Shown piece after piece: positions 25,586 through 41,719 of a stretch of 64,000 bases of DNA (the first letter of the stretch is position 1; each line of letters begins with the position of its first letter). The notes beneath the pieces were generated by a model. The model was given only the letters and a program-made list of their open reading frames with translations, searched no databases and was not told the DNA's origin. The position numbers were made by a program, and so were the translations under genes. Source of the DNA: Eledone cirrhosa (taxonomy: Eukaryota); NCBI GenBank assembly GCA_964016885.1, contig OZ024752.1:5704001-5768000 (forward strand). Reading direction: 5' to 3'.

Positions 25586-27172
25586 GGTGACAGCTACGTA
25601 GGATTAGTTGGCCTCCAGGGTGACAGCTACGTAGGAATAGTTGGCCTCCAGGGTGACAGCTACGTAGGATTAGTTGGCCTCCAGGGTGACAGCTACGTAG
25701 GATTAGTTGGCCTCCAGGGTGACAGCTACGTAGGAATAGTTGGCCTCCAGGGTGACAGCTACGTAGGAATAGTTGGCCTCCAGGGTGACAGCTACGTAGG
25801 ATTAGTTGGCCTCCAGGGTGACAGCTACGTAGGAATAGTTGGCCTCCAGGGTGACAGCTACGTAGGATTAGTTGGCCTCCAGGGTGACAGCTACGTAGGA
25901 ATAGTTGGCCTCCAGGGTGACAGCTACGTAGGATTAGTTGGCCTCCAGGGTGACAGCTACGTAGGAATAGTTGGCCTCCAGGGTGACAGCTACGTAGGAA
26001 TAGTTGGCCTCCAGGGTGACAGCTACGTAGGATTAGTTGGCCTCCAGGGTGACAGCTACGTAGGATTAGTTGGCCTCCAGGGTGACAGCTACGTAGGATT
26101 AGTTGGCCTCCAGGGTGACAGCTACGTAGGATTAGTTGGCCTCCAGGGTGACAGCTACGTAGGATTAGTTGGCCTCCAGGGTGACAGCTACGTAGGAATA
26201 GTTGGCCTCCAGGGTGACAGCTACGTAGGATTAGTTGGCCTCCAGGGTGACAGCTACGTAGGAATAGTTGGCCTCCAGGGTGACAGCTACGTAGGATTAG
26301 TTGGCCTCCAGGGTGACAGCTACGTAGGAATAGTTGGCCTCCAGGGTGACAGCTACGTAGGAATAGTTGGCCTCCAGGGTGACAGCTACGTAGGAATAGT
26401 TGGCCTCCAGGGTGACAGCTACGTAGGATTAGTTGGCCTCCAGGGTGACAGCTACGTAGGATTAGTTGGCCTCCAGGGTGACAGCTACGTAGGATTAGTT
26501 GGCCTCCAGGGTGACAGCTACGTAGGATTAGTTGGCCTCCAGGGTGACAGCTACGTAGGATTAGTTGGCCTCCAGGGTGACAGCTACGTAGGAATAGTTG
26601 GCCTCCAGGGTGACAGCTACGTAGGATTAGTTGGCCTCCAGGGTGACAGCTACGTAGGAATAGTTGGCCTCCAGGGTGACAGCTACGTAGGATTAGTTGG
26701 CCTCCAGGGTGACAGCTACGTAGGAATAGTTGGCCTCCAGGGTGACAGCTACGTAGGAATAGTTGGCCTCCAGGGTGACAGCTACGTAGGAATAGTTGGC
26801 CTCCAGGGTGACAGCTACGTAGGATTAGTTGGCCTCCAGGGTGACAGCTACGTAGGATTAGTTGGCCTCCAGGGTGACAGCTACGTAGGATTAGTTGGCC
26901 TCCAGGGTGACAGCTACGTAGGATTAGTTGGCCTCCAGGGTGACAGCTACGTAGAATTAGTTGGCCTCCAGGGTGACAGCTACGTAGGATTAGTTGGCCT
27001 CCAGGGTGACAGCTACGTAGGATTAGTTGGCCTCCAGGGTGACAGCTACTTAGGATTAGTTGGCCTCCAGGGTGACAGCTACGTAGGATTAGTTGGCCTC
27101 CAGGGTGACAGCTACGTAGGATTAGTTGGCCTCCAGGGTGACAGCTACGTAGGATTAGTTGGCCTCCAGGGT
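25586..27172. repeat. Minisatellite, 33-bp unit (gggtgacagctacgtaggaWtagttggcctcca), ~48 copies
   Basis: Direct reading; essentially one variable site (T/A). Confidence 0.98.
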
Positions 27173-27924
27173 TGCACCCAGAAGGTTTCTTGAATGTTTT
27201 AATGAAGAAATGATCAACTTGCTCAAGAACACAATGTTACAGCTAAGTCCAGGGATTGAACCCAGGACCTTATCGTTGTGTCCAACACCCTAACCACTAG
27301 GCTATGTATCCTCACTTTATCTTGAATCAATATGGATGTGTAAACCAATTTGCCATGAATGAAGTGTAAAGCAGAAGTGGACAATGACACAAGGCCAGAC
27401 AACTTTTTGTGTGGAGGAGGGGAGAGAGAGATCCCTAGTATGTAACTGATATGGGGAGAGAGACACCCCTAGTATATAACTGATATGGGAGGGGGGGGGG
27501 CATCCCTTGTATATAATTGGTATTTTATTTTAAAGGGTTCCTATTTATGTTAAGTTGCTCTCTTAGTAATGAAATAATAATTTTAGTAAATTCCTTAAAA
27601 TTCTTCATCAATTGAAATAGATTATATTTCATTAGAAATAGTCATGGAAGGGTTAATAAGGAAGGTAACATTGAAAAATAACAATTTGACATACACATGA
27701 CCAGTGAAAAAACATATAAAACTGGAAGGAAAGCAATATAGAACAATCAGGCGGTTAGAAGCAGGTACTGCAAGGAGGAGATTCTGATGTCCACTGGTCA
27801 ATTCTGAAATATTGAAGGAAGGAAGAGAGGGAGTGTGTTGTTGTTGTTTAATATAAGGAATTAAGGGACAGTCCCACCGTTCTAACCTTCTAGATGAGGT
27901 GTCTTTTAGTAAAATTTAGCATTC

Positions 27925-28140
27925 TTAACTGAACATCATGCAATGATTTAGTAGGAAATATCTAAAACTGGGTTTGTTAATTCAAATGTTTACAGTAGCT
28001 TTACTAGTAGATAGATCTTTGTGAAAATTTGCAATCTTAGAGTAAAGACTAATTTTTATTGTGGTGTAATCATATGTTTTGTACTTTACAAGAATGTCAT
28101 GCTAATGCAATTTTGTGTGGTACAGGATGTTGAAAGTTAA
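27925..28140. mobile_element. TTAA-MITE family B copy
   Basis: ttaactgaacatcatg...tacaggatgttgaaagttaa; internal sequence matches 22543-22757. Confidence 0.65.
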
Positions 28141-29289
28141 TACTCTTTAGAGTTCTGTGAAATAAATTGTACTGTACTGCATGAGACCACATTAGCAAAA
28201 CATTATTGAAACATATCAAACAACACTATGATTGTATCACATTAAAAATTAAAATTTCTATTCTAATACTGCAAATTTTTACAACAATCTATTCACTGGT
28301 AAAGATGCTATAAACATTTGAAATAAAAGAACCCATTTTTAGATATTTTCTACTGAATTATTACAGTATGTTAACATCAAGTTAATTTTTTTAAAGTTCC
28401 ACAAGATAAGATATCTTTTAATAAAATTTAATAAATTTAGCATTCTGTGAGATAACTGTCTTAATCAAATTTAATATGTCAGTGTAAAAGAAAAAAGTCT
28501 ATGAAAAAATAAAGATGATGGTTATTTTAAGCTAAACCTTTTTATACCAACCTGCTCAATATCAACTCTAGTTTTATGAAATATAACCACCCATTTTAAA
28601 GGGTTCCTATTTAAATTAATCCCGCCTAACATAATTTTATATACATTTAATAACTTTGGTAAATCCCTTCAAATTATTTGTTAATAGAATACATTTCATT
28701 AGGAATACAATATGAAAGAGAATAAAAGGAAGAATCAATACTGGGAATGTGGAAGAAATGGTACACCATGGACATCAGAAAGCAACTCTGTAAGTCGGCA
28801 CTGTTTGATTGGGAACAGTACAAGAATTCAACTAGAATTTAGTGAAATGAGTCTGAAAGAAAGCACATCATCCAGTACAACAAAACATGCAAGTTTATTA
28901 TTTCTGTAGCTCCACCATGGTGCCATTACCATAGAGATATGTCAGGAGAGAGAAGCCATCTTTAATGGTGGCAATACAACAAATGAGAAAATCAAGGACA
29001 TTTTTATATAAGTTTGAAAGAGGGCAGTAGAGAGAGAGAGTGAGAGAGAGAGATGAAGAGAAAACAAACATACATGATACCTGCTAATGAAACCAACAAT
29101 CAGAACAGTGTCTTATACAGACACAAGATTATGTATTTAATTAAATCAACCCTGACATGTAACTGGTACTTTATAAATAATACCTGGATAACTATGGCCA
29201 TTTTACTAATATCAGAATATAAACAAAAACTGAAGACAGCGAGCAATTCTAATAATTGACATGATTCAACCATGGAACATTTTTAATAT

Positions 29290-29412
29290 CAAGAGTTCAG
29301 GAAAGAATTGCTGGATAAAACCAACTAGGGATAGACCCAGGGAAAGATGGTTGGATAACAATCATGAGCTGGCCTGGTCAGGCTTGGGGATCTATCTGGA
29401 TCAGTTGGGCGA
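29290..29412 (+). mobile_element. Short decayed LINE ORF2 C-terminal remnant
   Basis: KPTRDRPRERWLDNNHELAWSGLGI resembles the RPRGRPRTRWxDx...LAWxxLGI tail of RTE-group LINEs (recalled motif). A GAA-rich tract follows at 29411-29587. Confidence 0.45.
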
Positions 29413-30032
29413 AGAAGAAGAAAAAGAAAAAGAAGAAAAAGAAGAAGAAACAGGAGAAGAAAAGGAAGAAAAAAAGAAAAAAAGAAAAAGAAAAAGAAGA
29501 AGTAGCAGAAGAAGAAGAAAAAGAAGAAGAAACGGAAGAAGAAAAGGAAGAAAAAAAGAAAAAGAAGAAGAAAAAGAAGTAGAAGAATGGTCCACTGCTA
29601 TGTAGCTGACAAATATGTCCCCAGTAGGACCATTGAGAAAATGGTAGCAATATTACAACAGCCATGGAGGTAGGAGGCCATTTCTCCTAATATGGAAATA
29701 TGTAAAACATTTTTTAGAAAAATTGATCAAACTGGAGTGCAGTCATGTTTTCAATATCAAACACACACACATATATATACATACATATATATACATACAC
29801 ATGTGTGTGTGTGTATATATATATATATATGATGATGATGATGATATATATATATGTTTGATATATGTATGATGATATATATATATAGATTCCTGATGAT
29901 TTCTAAAGAATGAAACAGTTCTAGCCCTGTAGAATCTCATCTATATTAAAACTTTTATACTCTGCTATGTATTGAGTACCTTACTTACTATGGTTACCTC
30001 CGATTTAACCCGGAATAATGTATATATATATT

Positions 30033-30330
30033 GTAAAGTTATGTTGGTACCACAACATCCAGTCCTAAATAAATGAGGTCGTGTAGGTGTCATGACAAAA
30101 AAACACACAGTCCACGCTGTAATGTGGCCGTGTAGGTAACACGGTAAAAACCTCCCAGTTCACACTGTAAACATGGTTGGTGTTAGGAAGGGCATCCAGC
30201 CGTAGAAACCCCACCAGACAGTCCTATACGAGCAAGACAACCAATCTTGCCTCAATCTTCCTCAAGTGGGAAACTTCCCGTCTAAACCCATGCTAACGTG
30301 GAAGATAGACGTTAAATGATGATGATGATG
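30033..30330 (+). mobile_element. SINE-like family 3 copy
   Basis: Close match to 24152-24432; (GAT)n tail. Confidence 0.8.
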
Positions 30331-30333
30331 ACT

Positions 30334-30364
<31 letters not shown>

Positions 30365-30422
30365 GTAATAATAAGAAATTTGAAAACTAAAATCCAAAGA
30401 GGGCTCGATAAGGATTATATTT

Positions 30423-30479
<57 letters not shown>

Positions 30480-30482
30480 TAC

Positions 30483-30688
30483 TGCCAGGAATTGCCAGTT
30501 GAAGGAAGACGTGGTAGAGGTAGACCACGAAAACCATGGGCGGAGGTGGTGAGAACAGACCTCAGATCATTGAAGCTCACGGTGGAGATGACGAAGGACC
30601 GTGACGAGTGGAGAGATGCTGTGCTGAATAAGGCCCGTCCCACCCTTACAAGAAGGGAAAAGCGGACGTAAAATGATGATGATGATGA
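30483..30688 (+). mobile_element. RTE LINE subfamily B, 3'-terminal ~200 bp
   Basis: Near-identical to the reverse complement of ~32870-33073, with a (TGA)n tail; inserted in a (TA)n/actac tract. Confidence 0.9.
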
Positions 30689-30869
30689 CTACATATGTAT
30701 ATATATATATATATATATAGGAACGTTCCTATTACCCACTCTACTACCCTAAGTATTGAGTACTTTGGTGCGTTATGGTCCATCTGGTTCCTTACCACAT
30801 TTCCTTCGTTATATATATATATATATATATACTACATATATATATATATATACTACATATGTATATATA

Positions 30870-31020
30870 TATCATCATCATCACTTTACGTCCACTTTTC
30901 TCTGCTTGCAAGGGTGGGACGGGAACTGATTCTGGCTTGATTTCTACAGCTGGATGCCCTTCCTAACACCAACCTCATTTACAGTGAGTGCTGGGTGCTT
31001 TTTTGCCGTGGCACCTCCAC
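30870..31020 (-). mobile_element. Short element sharing the 3' tail of RTE subfamily B
   Basis: The minus strand reads ...aggaagggcatccagctgtagaaatcaagccagaatcagttcccgtcccacccttgcaagcagagaaaagtggacgtaaagtgatgatg. Confidence 0.75.
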
Positions 31021-31069
31021 GACCACTTTGCAGTGGAATGATAGGGACCCCAGTCCTGTCATCTCATTT

Positions 31070-31205
31070 CTACAGCTGAATAAACTGGAGCAATGTGAAA
31101 TAAAGTGTCTTGCTCAAGGACACAACACATCACCCGGTCTGAGAATTGAACTCACAACCTTTCGATTGCAAGCGCAATGCTCTAACCACTAAGCCATGTG
31201 CCTCC
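31070..31205 (-). mobile_element. tRNA-derived SINE family 2, 5' part
   Basis: Box A TGGCTTAGTGG and box B GAGTTCAATTC, then GTGTCCTTGAGCAAGACACTTTATTTCAC. Confidence 0.8.
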
Positions 31206-31208
31206 ATA

Positions 31209-31257
<49 letters not shown>

Positions 31258-31262
<5 letters not shown>

Positions 31263-32439
31263 GGCTCTTAGAAAACTAGGCGTTGACGAATGGCTTGTGA
31301 GAGCTATACAAGCCATGTATAAAGAAACAGTCAGCAAGGTTAGAATTAACAACGAATATAGTGAAGAGTTTAGCGTAAAAGTTGGCGTCCATCAGGGCTC
31401 TGTTCTCAGCCCCCTACTATTTATTATTGCCCTTCAGGCTATAACAGAGGAGTTCAAGACCGGCTGCCCATGGGAACTCCTATACGCAGACGACCTGACA
31501 CTCATAGCGGAATCAATGGCCGAGCTAGAGAAGAAATTCCAAACATGGAAGCACGGCCTAGAATCAAAAGGCCTTAAAATTAACCTGACTAAGACTAAAG
31601 TTCTAGTTTGTAGGAAAGAAAATAAGGCGGCGGTCCCTTCTGGGAAATGGTCGTGCTCGGTGTGTAGGAAAGGCGTAGGTAGAAACTCCATTTTATGTCC
31701 TAAATGCAAAGTATGGGTGCATAAAAGATGTAGTGGGATCACAGGTAAGCTAACTAAGAACATAGATTTTACATGTGGCCGGTGCTCTGGTGCAATAAGT
31801 AGCAGCAAGTGCCCACAAAATACTAGCTCTTTCAATTGCACAGAGGGTTCTATAGAAATAGTGGACAGTTTCCGTTACCTGGGTGATAAAATCAGCAGTG
31901 GGGGAGGGTGCTCTGAAAGTACAGTAGCTAGAGTCAGAACTGGTTGGAAAAAGTTCAGAGAGCTTATACCACTATTAGCTGCTAAAGGGTTCTCCCTAAA
32001 AATGAAAGGCAGGTTGTACGATGCCTGCATACGAACAGCAATGTTGCATGGCAGTGAGACCTGGGCATTGTGTGCAGAGGATATACGCAGACTAGAGAGG
32101 AACGAAGCTTGCATGCTCCGCTGGATGTGTAACAGTAATATACGTGAATGGCAAAGCATAAACGAACTAAGGAAAAAATTAGAAATAAGAGGGATCAGAT
32201 GTTGTTTACTCGAGAGAAGGCTACGTTGGTATGGACACGTGATGCGCATGAAAGTCGATAGCTGTATAACAAAGTGCAGGGCAATAAAGATAGACGGTAG
32301 TCACGGAATAGGCAGACCTAGAAAAACCTGGGACGAGCTGATAAACTCCGACCTCACACACTTACACCTCTCCAAGACAATGTCACTGGACCGAGACCTT
32401 TGGCGGTACTCAGTAACAGAGAAGACCCGCCTTACCTAA
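31258..32439 (+). mobile_element. 5'-truncated RTE-type LINE, subfamily A: intact partial RT ORF with C4HC3 insert
   Basis: Motifs VGVHQGSVLSPLLF, YADD, FRYLG, LHGSETW, RRLRWYGHVMRM and GRPRKTW; uninterrupted frame. The first 20 aa of the tracked ORF are (TA)n. Confidence 0.95.
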
Positions 32440-32537
32440 ATACATAGTAAAACCTACTACAGCCAGTAGGCATCTAACAAAATACCCCCCCCCCCCACCG
32501 TCCCACCACTCCCAACCCATCCACGCCACCCCGTTCT

Positions 32538-32835
32538 ATGTAAAGTTGTGTTGTTGCCACACCATCCAGGCCGAAACAAATGAGATCGTGTAGGTGTCAC
32601 GACAAAAAAACACACAGTCCACGCTGTAATGTGGCCGTGCAGGCAACACGGTAAAAACCTCCCAGACCCACACTGTAAATGTGGTTGGTGTTAGGAAGGG
32701 CATCCAACTGTAGAAAACCTGCCAGACAGTCCTATGCGAGCAAGACAATCACTCTTGCCTCAAGTGGGACTACCCCCGTCCAAACCCATGCAAGCGTGGA
32801 ACACGGACGTTAAACGGTGATGATGATGATGATGA
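32538..32835 (+). mobile_element. SINE-like family 3 copy attached to the 3' end of RTE subfamily A
   Basis: Matches 24152-24432; joined to the LINE stop codon through a ~100-bp C-rich linker. Confidence 0.8.
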
Positions 32836-32865
32836 TATATATATTACATATATATATATATACTA

Positions 32866-33998
32866 CATCATCATCATCATCATTTTACGTCCGCTTTTCC
32901 CTGCTTGCAAGGGTGGGACGGGTCTTATTCAGCACAGCATCTCTCCACTCGTCACGGTCCCTCGTCATCTCCACCGTGAGCTTCAATGATCTGAGGTCTG
33001 TTCTCACCACCTCCGCCCATGTTTTTCGTGGTCTACCTCTACCACGTCTTCCTTCAACTGGCATTTCCTGGCACTTCTTCACCCATCGGTCATCCTCCAT
33101 GCGCATCACATGTCCATACCACCTCAGTCTCCTCTCCCGTACACTACATTCTATCCCTCTCAGACACAGTTTCTCTCTCAACACATTTAAGCTGGGTCGT
33201 TCACGCACATTTACACTGCACATCCAACGGAGCATGCTTGCCTCATTTCTCTCCAGCCGTCGCATATCTTCTGCGGTAGCTGCCCATGTCTCACTACCAT
33301 GCAGCATCGCGCTCCTCACACAGGCATCATACAACCGGCCTTTCGTACGCAGGGAGAAACCCTTCTTCGTCAACAGAGGAAGCAGCTCCCTAAACTTCTT
33401 CCAACCCGTCCTTATTCTAGATACTATGGCCTCGGAACACCCTCCTCCCATGCTAATCTGATCTCCTAGGTACCGGAAGCTATCCACCACTTCTATAGCG
33501 CCCTCTCGCATTTGAAAAATGTGTCTATCAGTGCGACTTCTACTGTCTAATTTCCCTGTACATCTACTGCATACATATTTCTCCCTACCTGTTAGTTTGC
33601 CTGCTATCCCGCTACATCTCTTGTGTACCCAGGACCTACATTGTGTGCATTTTATAGAATTTATGCCAGTTCCTTTTCTGCATATCGAACATGGCCATTT
33701 CCCTGACGGAATCAGGGTTTTGTCCTCTTTTCTACTCATCAACACTTTTGTCTTAGCTAGATTTACTCTCAGTCCTCTTGCTTCCAACTGCTGTTTCCAT
33801 AGCCGGAATTTATTCTCTAGCTCCTCTACTGATTCTGCCATAAGAGCCAGATCGTCAGCATAGAGAAGTTCCCATGGACAGCCAGTCTTAAACTCCTCTG
33901 TTATGGCTTGGAGGACTATAATGAACAAGAGCGGGCTGAGGACCGAACCCTGATGTACTCCTACTTGTATCTGGAATTCCTCACTAAACTCCACTGAC
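32866..33998 (-). mobile_element. 5'-truncated RTE-type LINE, subfamily B: intact partial RT ORF (32885-33994) with C4HC3 insert and (TGA)n tail
   Basis: Same motif set as subfamily A but diverged; the ORF runs to the tail. It lies tail-to-tail with the subfamily A composite. Confidence 0.95.
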
Positions 33999-34000
33999 TT

Positions 34001-37993
<3,993 letters not shown>

Positions 37994-38060
37994 AGCCAGA
38001 ATCAGTTCCCGTCCCACCCTTGCAAGCAGTTAAAAAGCAGACGTAAAATGAAATGAAATG
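37994..38060 (+). mobile_element. 3' tail fragment of the short RTE-tailed element
   Basis: agccagaatcagttcccgtcccacccttgcaagcag...gacgtaaaatg is the inverted counterpart of ~30880-30937. Confidence 0.75.
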
Positions 38061-38384
38061 AATGAATGAATATATATATACATATATATATGTATATATA
38101 TATACACATACATATCTATAGAGAGACCTATAAAATGCTAACTTGTGATTATTAATGAAGATTTATTCTATATTTTGTTAACCTAGGTGAGTTTCCCTGT
38201 TAAGATGATAGCGTATTTAAACTAATTAACATAATCTACTTAACATAATCTCAACTTGATTTTATAATTATGACAACTTGAAAGATCTAAAGAAAACTGG
38301 TTTTATACTCTACATTACTTATAAACTGTATTTACTTCAGGAAGTGTGTGTGGGGTGGTGGTGGAGTGGGTGTATATTTGCAGA

Positions 38385-40095
38385 GCTGGCATCTAGCTAT
38401 TTAGTGCTTTAGGATAGCTCTACTGAGTGTACCTGCATATCTAGCATCTTAGGTTAGCTCTACAGGGAGTACCAGGGTATCTAGCACCCTAGGCTAGCTC
38501 TACAATATGTACCTGGGTATCTATTGGGCTCAGTTAGTTCTGCAATATTATCCAGGGTACTTAGAACCCTGTCATAGCTCTACAATGTATTCTTGGGTAT
38601 TTAGCACTCTAGGATAGTTCTACAGTATTTAAGTGAGTATTAACCACTCTAGGCTAGCTCTACAATATTTACCTGGGTATTTAGCACTCTACAATAGCTC
38701 TACAATATTATCCTGGATATTTAGCACTCTACAATAGCTCTACAATATTATCCTGGATATTTAGCACTCTACAATAGCTCTACAATATTATCCTGGATAT
38801 TTAGCACTCTACAATAGCTCTACAATATTATCCTGGGTATTTAGCACTCTAGGATAGCTCTACAATATTATCCTGGATATTTAGCACTCTACAATAGCTC
38901 TACAATATTATCCTGGGTATTTAGCACTCTAGGATAGCTCTACAATATTATCTTGGATATTTAGCACTCTAGGATAGCTCTACAATATTATCCTGGATAT
39001 TTAGCACTCTAGGATAGCTCTACAATATTATCCTGGGTATTTAGCACTCTAGGATAGCTCTACAATATTATCCTGGGTATTTAGCACTCTAGGATAGCTC
39101 TACAATATTATCCTGGATATTTAGCACTCTACAATAGCTCTACAATATTATTCTGGGTATTTAGCACTCTAGGATAGCTCTACAATATTATTCTGGGTAT
39201 TTAGCACTCTACAATAGCTCTACAATATTATCCTGGATATTTAGCACTCTAGGATAGCTCTACAATATTATCCTGGGTATTTAGCACTCTAGGATAGCTC
39301 TACAATATTATCCTGGGTATTTAGCACTCTAGGATAGCTCTACAATATTATCCTGGATATTTAGCACTCTAGGATAGCTCTACAATATTATCCTGGGTAT
39401 TTAGCACTCTAGGATAGCTCTACAATATTATCTTGGATATTTAGCACTCTACAATAGCTCTACAATATTATCCTGGGTATTTAGCACTCTAGGATAGCTC
39501 TACAATATTATCCTGGATATTTAGCACTCTAGGATAGCTCTACAATATTATCCTGGGTATTTAGCACTCTAGGATAGCTCTACAATATTATCCTGGGTAT
39601 TTAGCACTCTACAATAGCTCTACAATATTATTCTGGGTATTTAGCACTCTACAATATTATCCTGGGTATTTAGCACTCTAGGATAGCTCTACAATATTAT
39701 CCTGGATATTTAGCACTCTAGGATAGCTCTACAATATTATCCTGGGTATTTAGCACTCTACAATAGCTCTACAATATTATTCTGGGTATTTAGCACTCTA
39801 CAATAGCTCTACAATATTATTCTGGGTATTTAGCACTCTACAATAGCTCTACAATATTATTCTGGGTATTTAGCACTCTACAATAGCTCTACAATATTAT
39901 CCTGGGTATTTAGCACTCTAGGATAGCTCTACAATATTATCCTGGATATTTAGCACTCTAGGATAGCTCTACAATATTTACCTGGGTATTTAGCACTCTA
40001 GGATAGCTCTACAATATTATCCTGGATATTTAGCACTCTACAATAGCTCTACAATATTATTCTGGGTATTTAGCACCCTAGGCTAGCTCTACAAT
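38385..40095. repeat. Minisatellite, 40-bp unit (ttagcactctaggatagctctacaatattatcctgggtat), ~42 copies, degenerate left edge
   Basis: Direct reading; one internally deleted unit near 39650. Confidence 0.97.
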
Positions 40096-41000
40096 GTGTG
40101 CCCTGTTCTACCAGTTACGCCCCTCATTCTGCTGAATGAAATAATTTCAACAGACATGGCTGTGAGGATAAGGAATTCATTTTGCAACAACATAGGTTGC
40201 AAAATGAATTCCCACTGCTTGGCATCTTGGCCAAGTGTATTCAGCCATAGGGGTAGACCAAAGCCTTGTGAATGAAGTTTGGTCGACAGAAACTGTGCAG
40301 AAGCCTGTCATGTGTATGTGTGTGTGTCTACATATGTATGTGGGCTTCTGTAGTTTCCACCTACCAAATTTCATATACATGAGCTAGTGTCCGTGCAGGT
40401 GTGTATGTTTGTGTCTGGCAGAGAGAGATCCACAATATAAGAACCAGATTTAAATATAAGTGGGGGTGGTGTTGATATGACCAAATCCCTTCAAGATGGC
40501 AGCACTACAAATGGATACAGTTAATGATTGAAAGCAGCAAAACAATGAATTTTTTTTTTAAATCACCAAATATCCACAACAATAACAGCAATGGTGATGA
40601 TGATGATAACAAGCAGAAGAGGATCCCATTACATTCTATACTCAGGAGGTAACACTCTATTTCGTTAGCAACAACAACAACAACAACAACAACAGTTATG
40701 CAACCAAACTCTGGTTATTAGATAAAACAAAAACACAATAAAAAATATTTTAAAAACAACCGCAAACTTGAAAAGAAACTAAAATCAGCAAACCCATACT
40801 CTCTTTCTCACTCTCTTTATATATATATATATATATGTGCGTGTGTGTGTGTGTGTGTATAAATATATGTATATATATAGCATCATCTTTTTATGCCTAT
40901 TTTTCCATGACAACCCATCTAGCCCATGCTGGAATTGAAAAGTAGATGTAATAGTGATGCTATAATATATACACATATATAATACACATACCTTCACACT

Positions 41001-41400
41001 CACAGTGTCCAAAAAGTCTGAATCTATATGCAAAACAATATTTAACCCTTTAACATTTAAACCAGTCGCATCTGGTTAGAATTCTCTCATCTGTTTCTGT
41101 TCAAACCAGTCATAACTGGCTACTCATACTGATATTAAGGTATTGTTCTTAAAATAGATAATATCAAAATCTCATAGATTCGATAATATGTGAGGTAAAG
41201 CCTTTACTGTGAAAATATAAAAGTATATATAGAGTAATGTAAATGTTAAAAGGTTAAAAATTGTATTGGAGTAAATGGTGAAATGGCCTTCAACTTCACA
41301 ATACTTGTCTATTCTGACAAGAAACTGATGTTCTGACATGTAAACATGAATCATACATACAGAACAAATGGCTATGGGTTCAGACTTTTGGGACACTGTG
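41001..41400. mobile_element. Tc1/mariner-like MITE with ~27-bp TIRs
   Basis: cacagtgtccaaaaagtctgaatctat ... atgggttcagacttttgggacactgtg-TA; the TA is present on the right side only. Confidence 0.65.
41042..41257. mobile_element. TTAA-flanked MITE nested in the Tc1-like MITE
   Basis: TTAA-ccctttaacattta ... taaatgttaaaagg-TTAA. Confidence 0.7.
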
Positions 41401-41455
41401 TATGTATATGTTTGTCTGTGTATATATATACTAGAAAATGAAGGGAATTCCTTGG

Positions 41456-41497
<42 letters not shown>

Positions 41498-41671
41498 TAT
41501 ATATATATATATATATACTATATATGCACACTTCACAAACAGTATATATTACAATTTATTTCTCTATTATTTATTAGAGAATATTAAACTGACTAAAATT
41601 AATTGCAATAAGAATGAGATGAACTTATGAAAGGGTCAGTAGAACAAGACAGGCAAGTTATCTGCCCTTAC

Positions 41672-41719
41672 CTGTTTGCCAACAACCCGTCTTCGGCTTT
41701 TAGGTCGACGTAGAGTAAT
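41672..41719 (-). CDS. PHLDB: Candidate 48-nt cassette exon of the PHLDB gene: ITLRRPKSRRRVVGKQ
   Basis: Acceptor TCCCTTCACAG and strong donor CAG|GTAAGG, phase 0/0, open frame, CpG-containing in an AT-rich intron. Not needed for the coiled-coil register, so probably alternative. Confidence 0.6.

Noticed and set aside
27745-27803. Acceptor-like site with a short open stretch on the minus strand
   Set aside because: No convincing donor and no homology; could not be supported as an exon.
31434-33863. Antisense ORFs over the RTE elements (31434-31841, 31875-32249, 32817-33461, 33519-33863; also 49860-50366)
   Set aside because: Shadow frames of the RT ORFs.
31258-33998. Autonomous active LINE or domesticated RT gene
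   Set aside because: Both copies lack the endonuclease and the N-terminal RT motifs. The intact frames indicate recent insertion, not autonomy.
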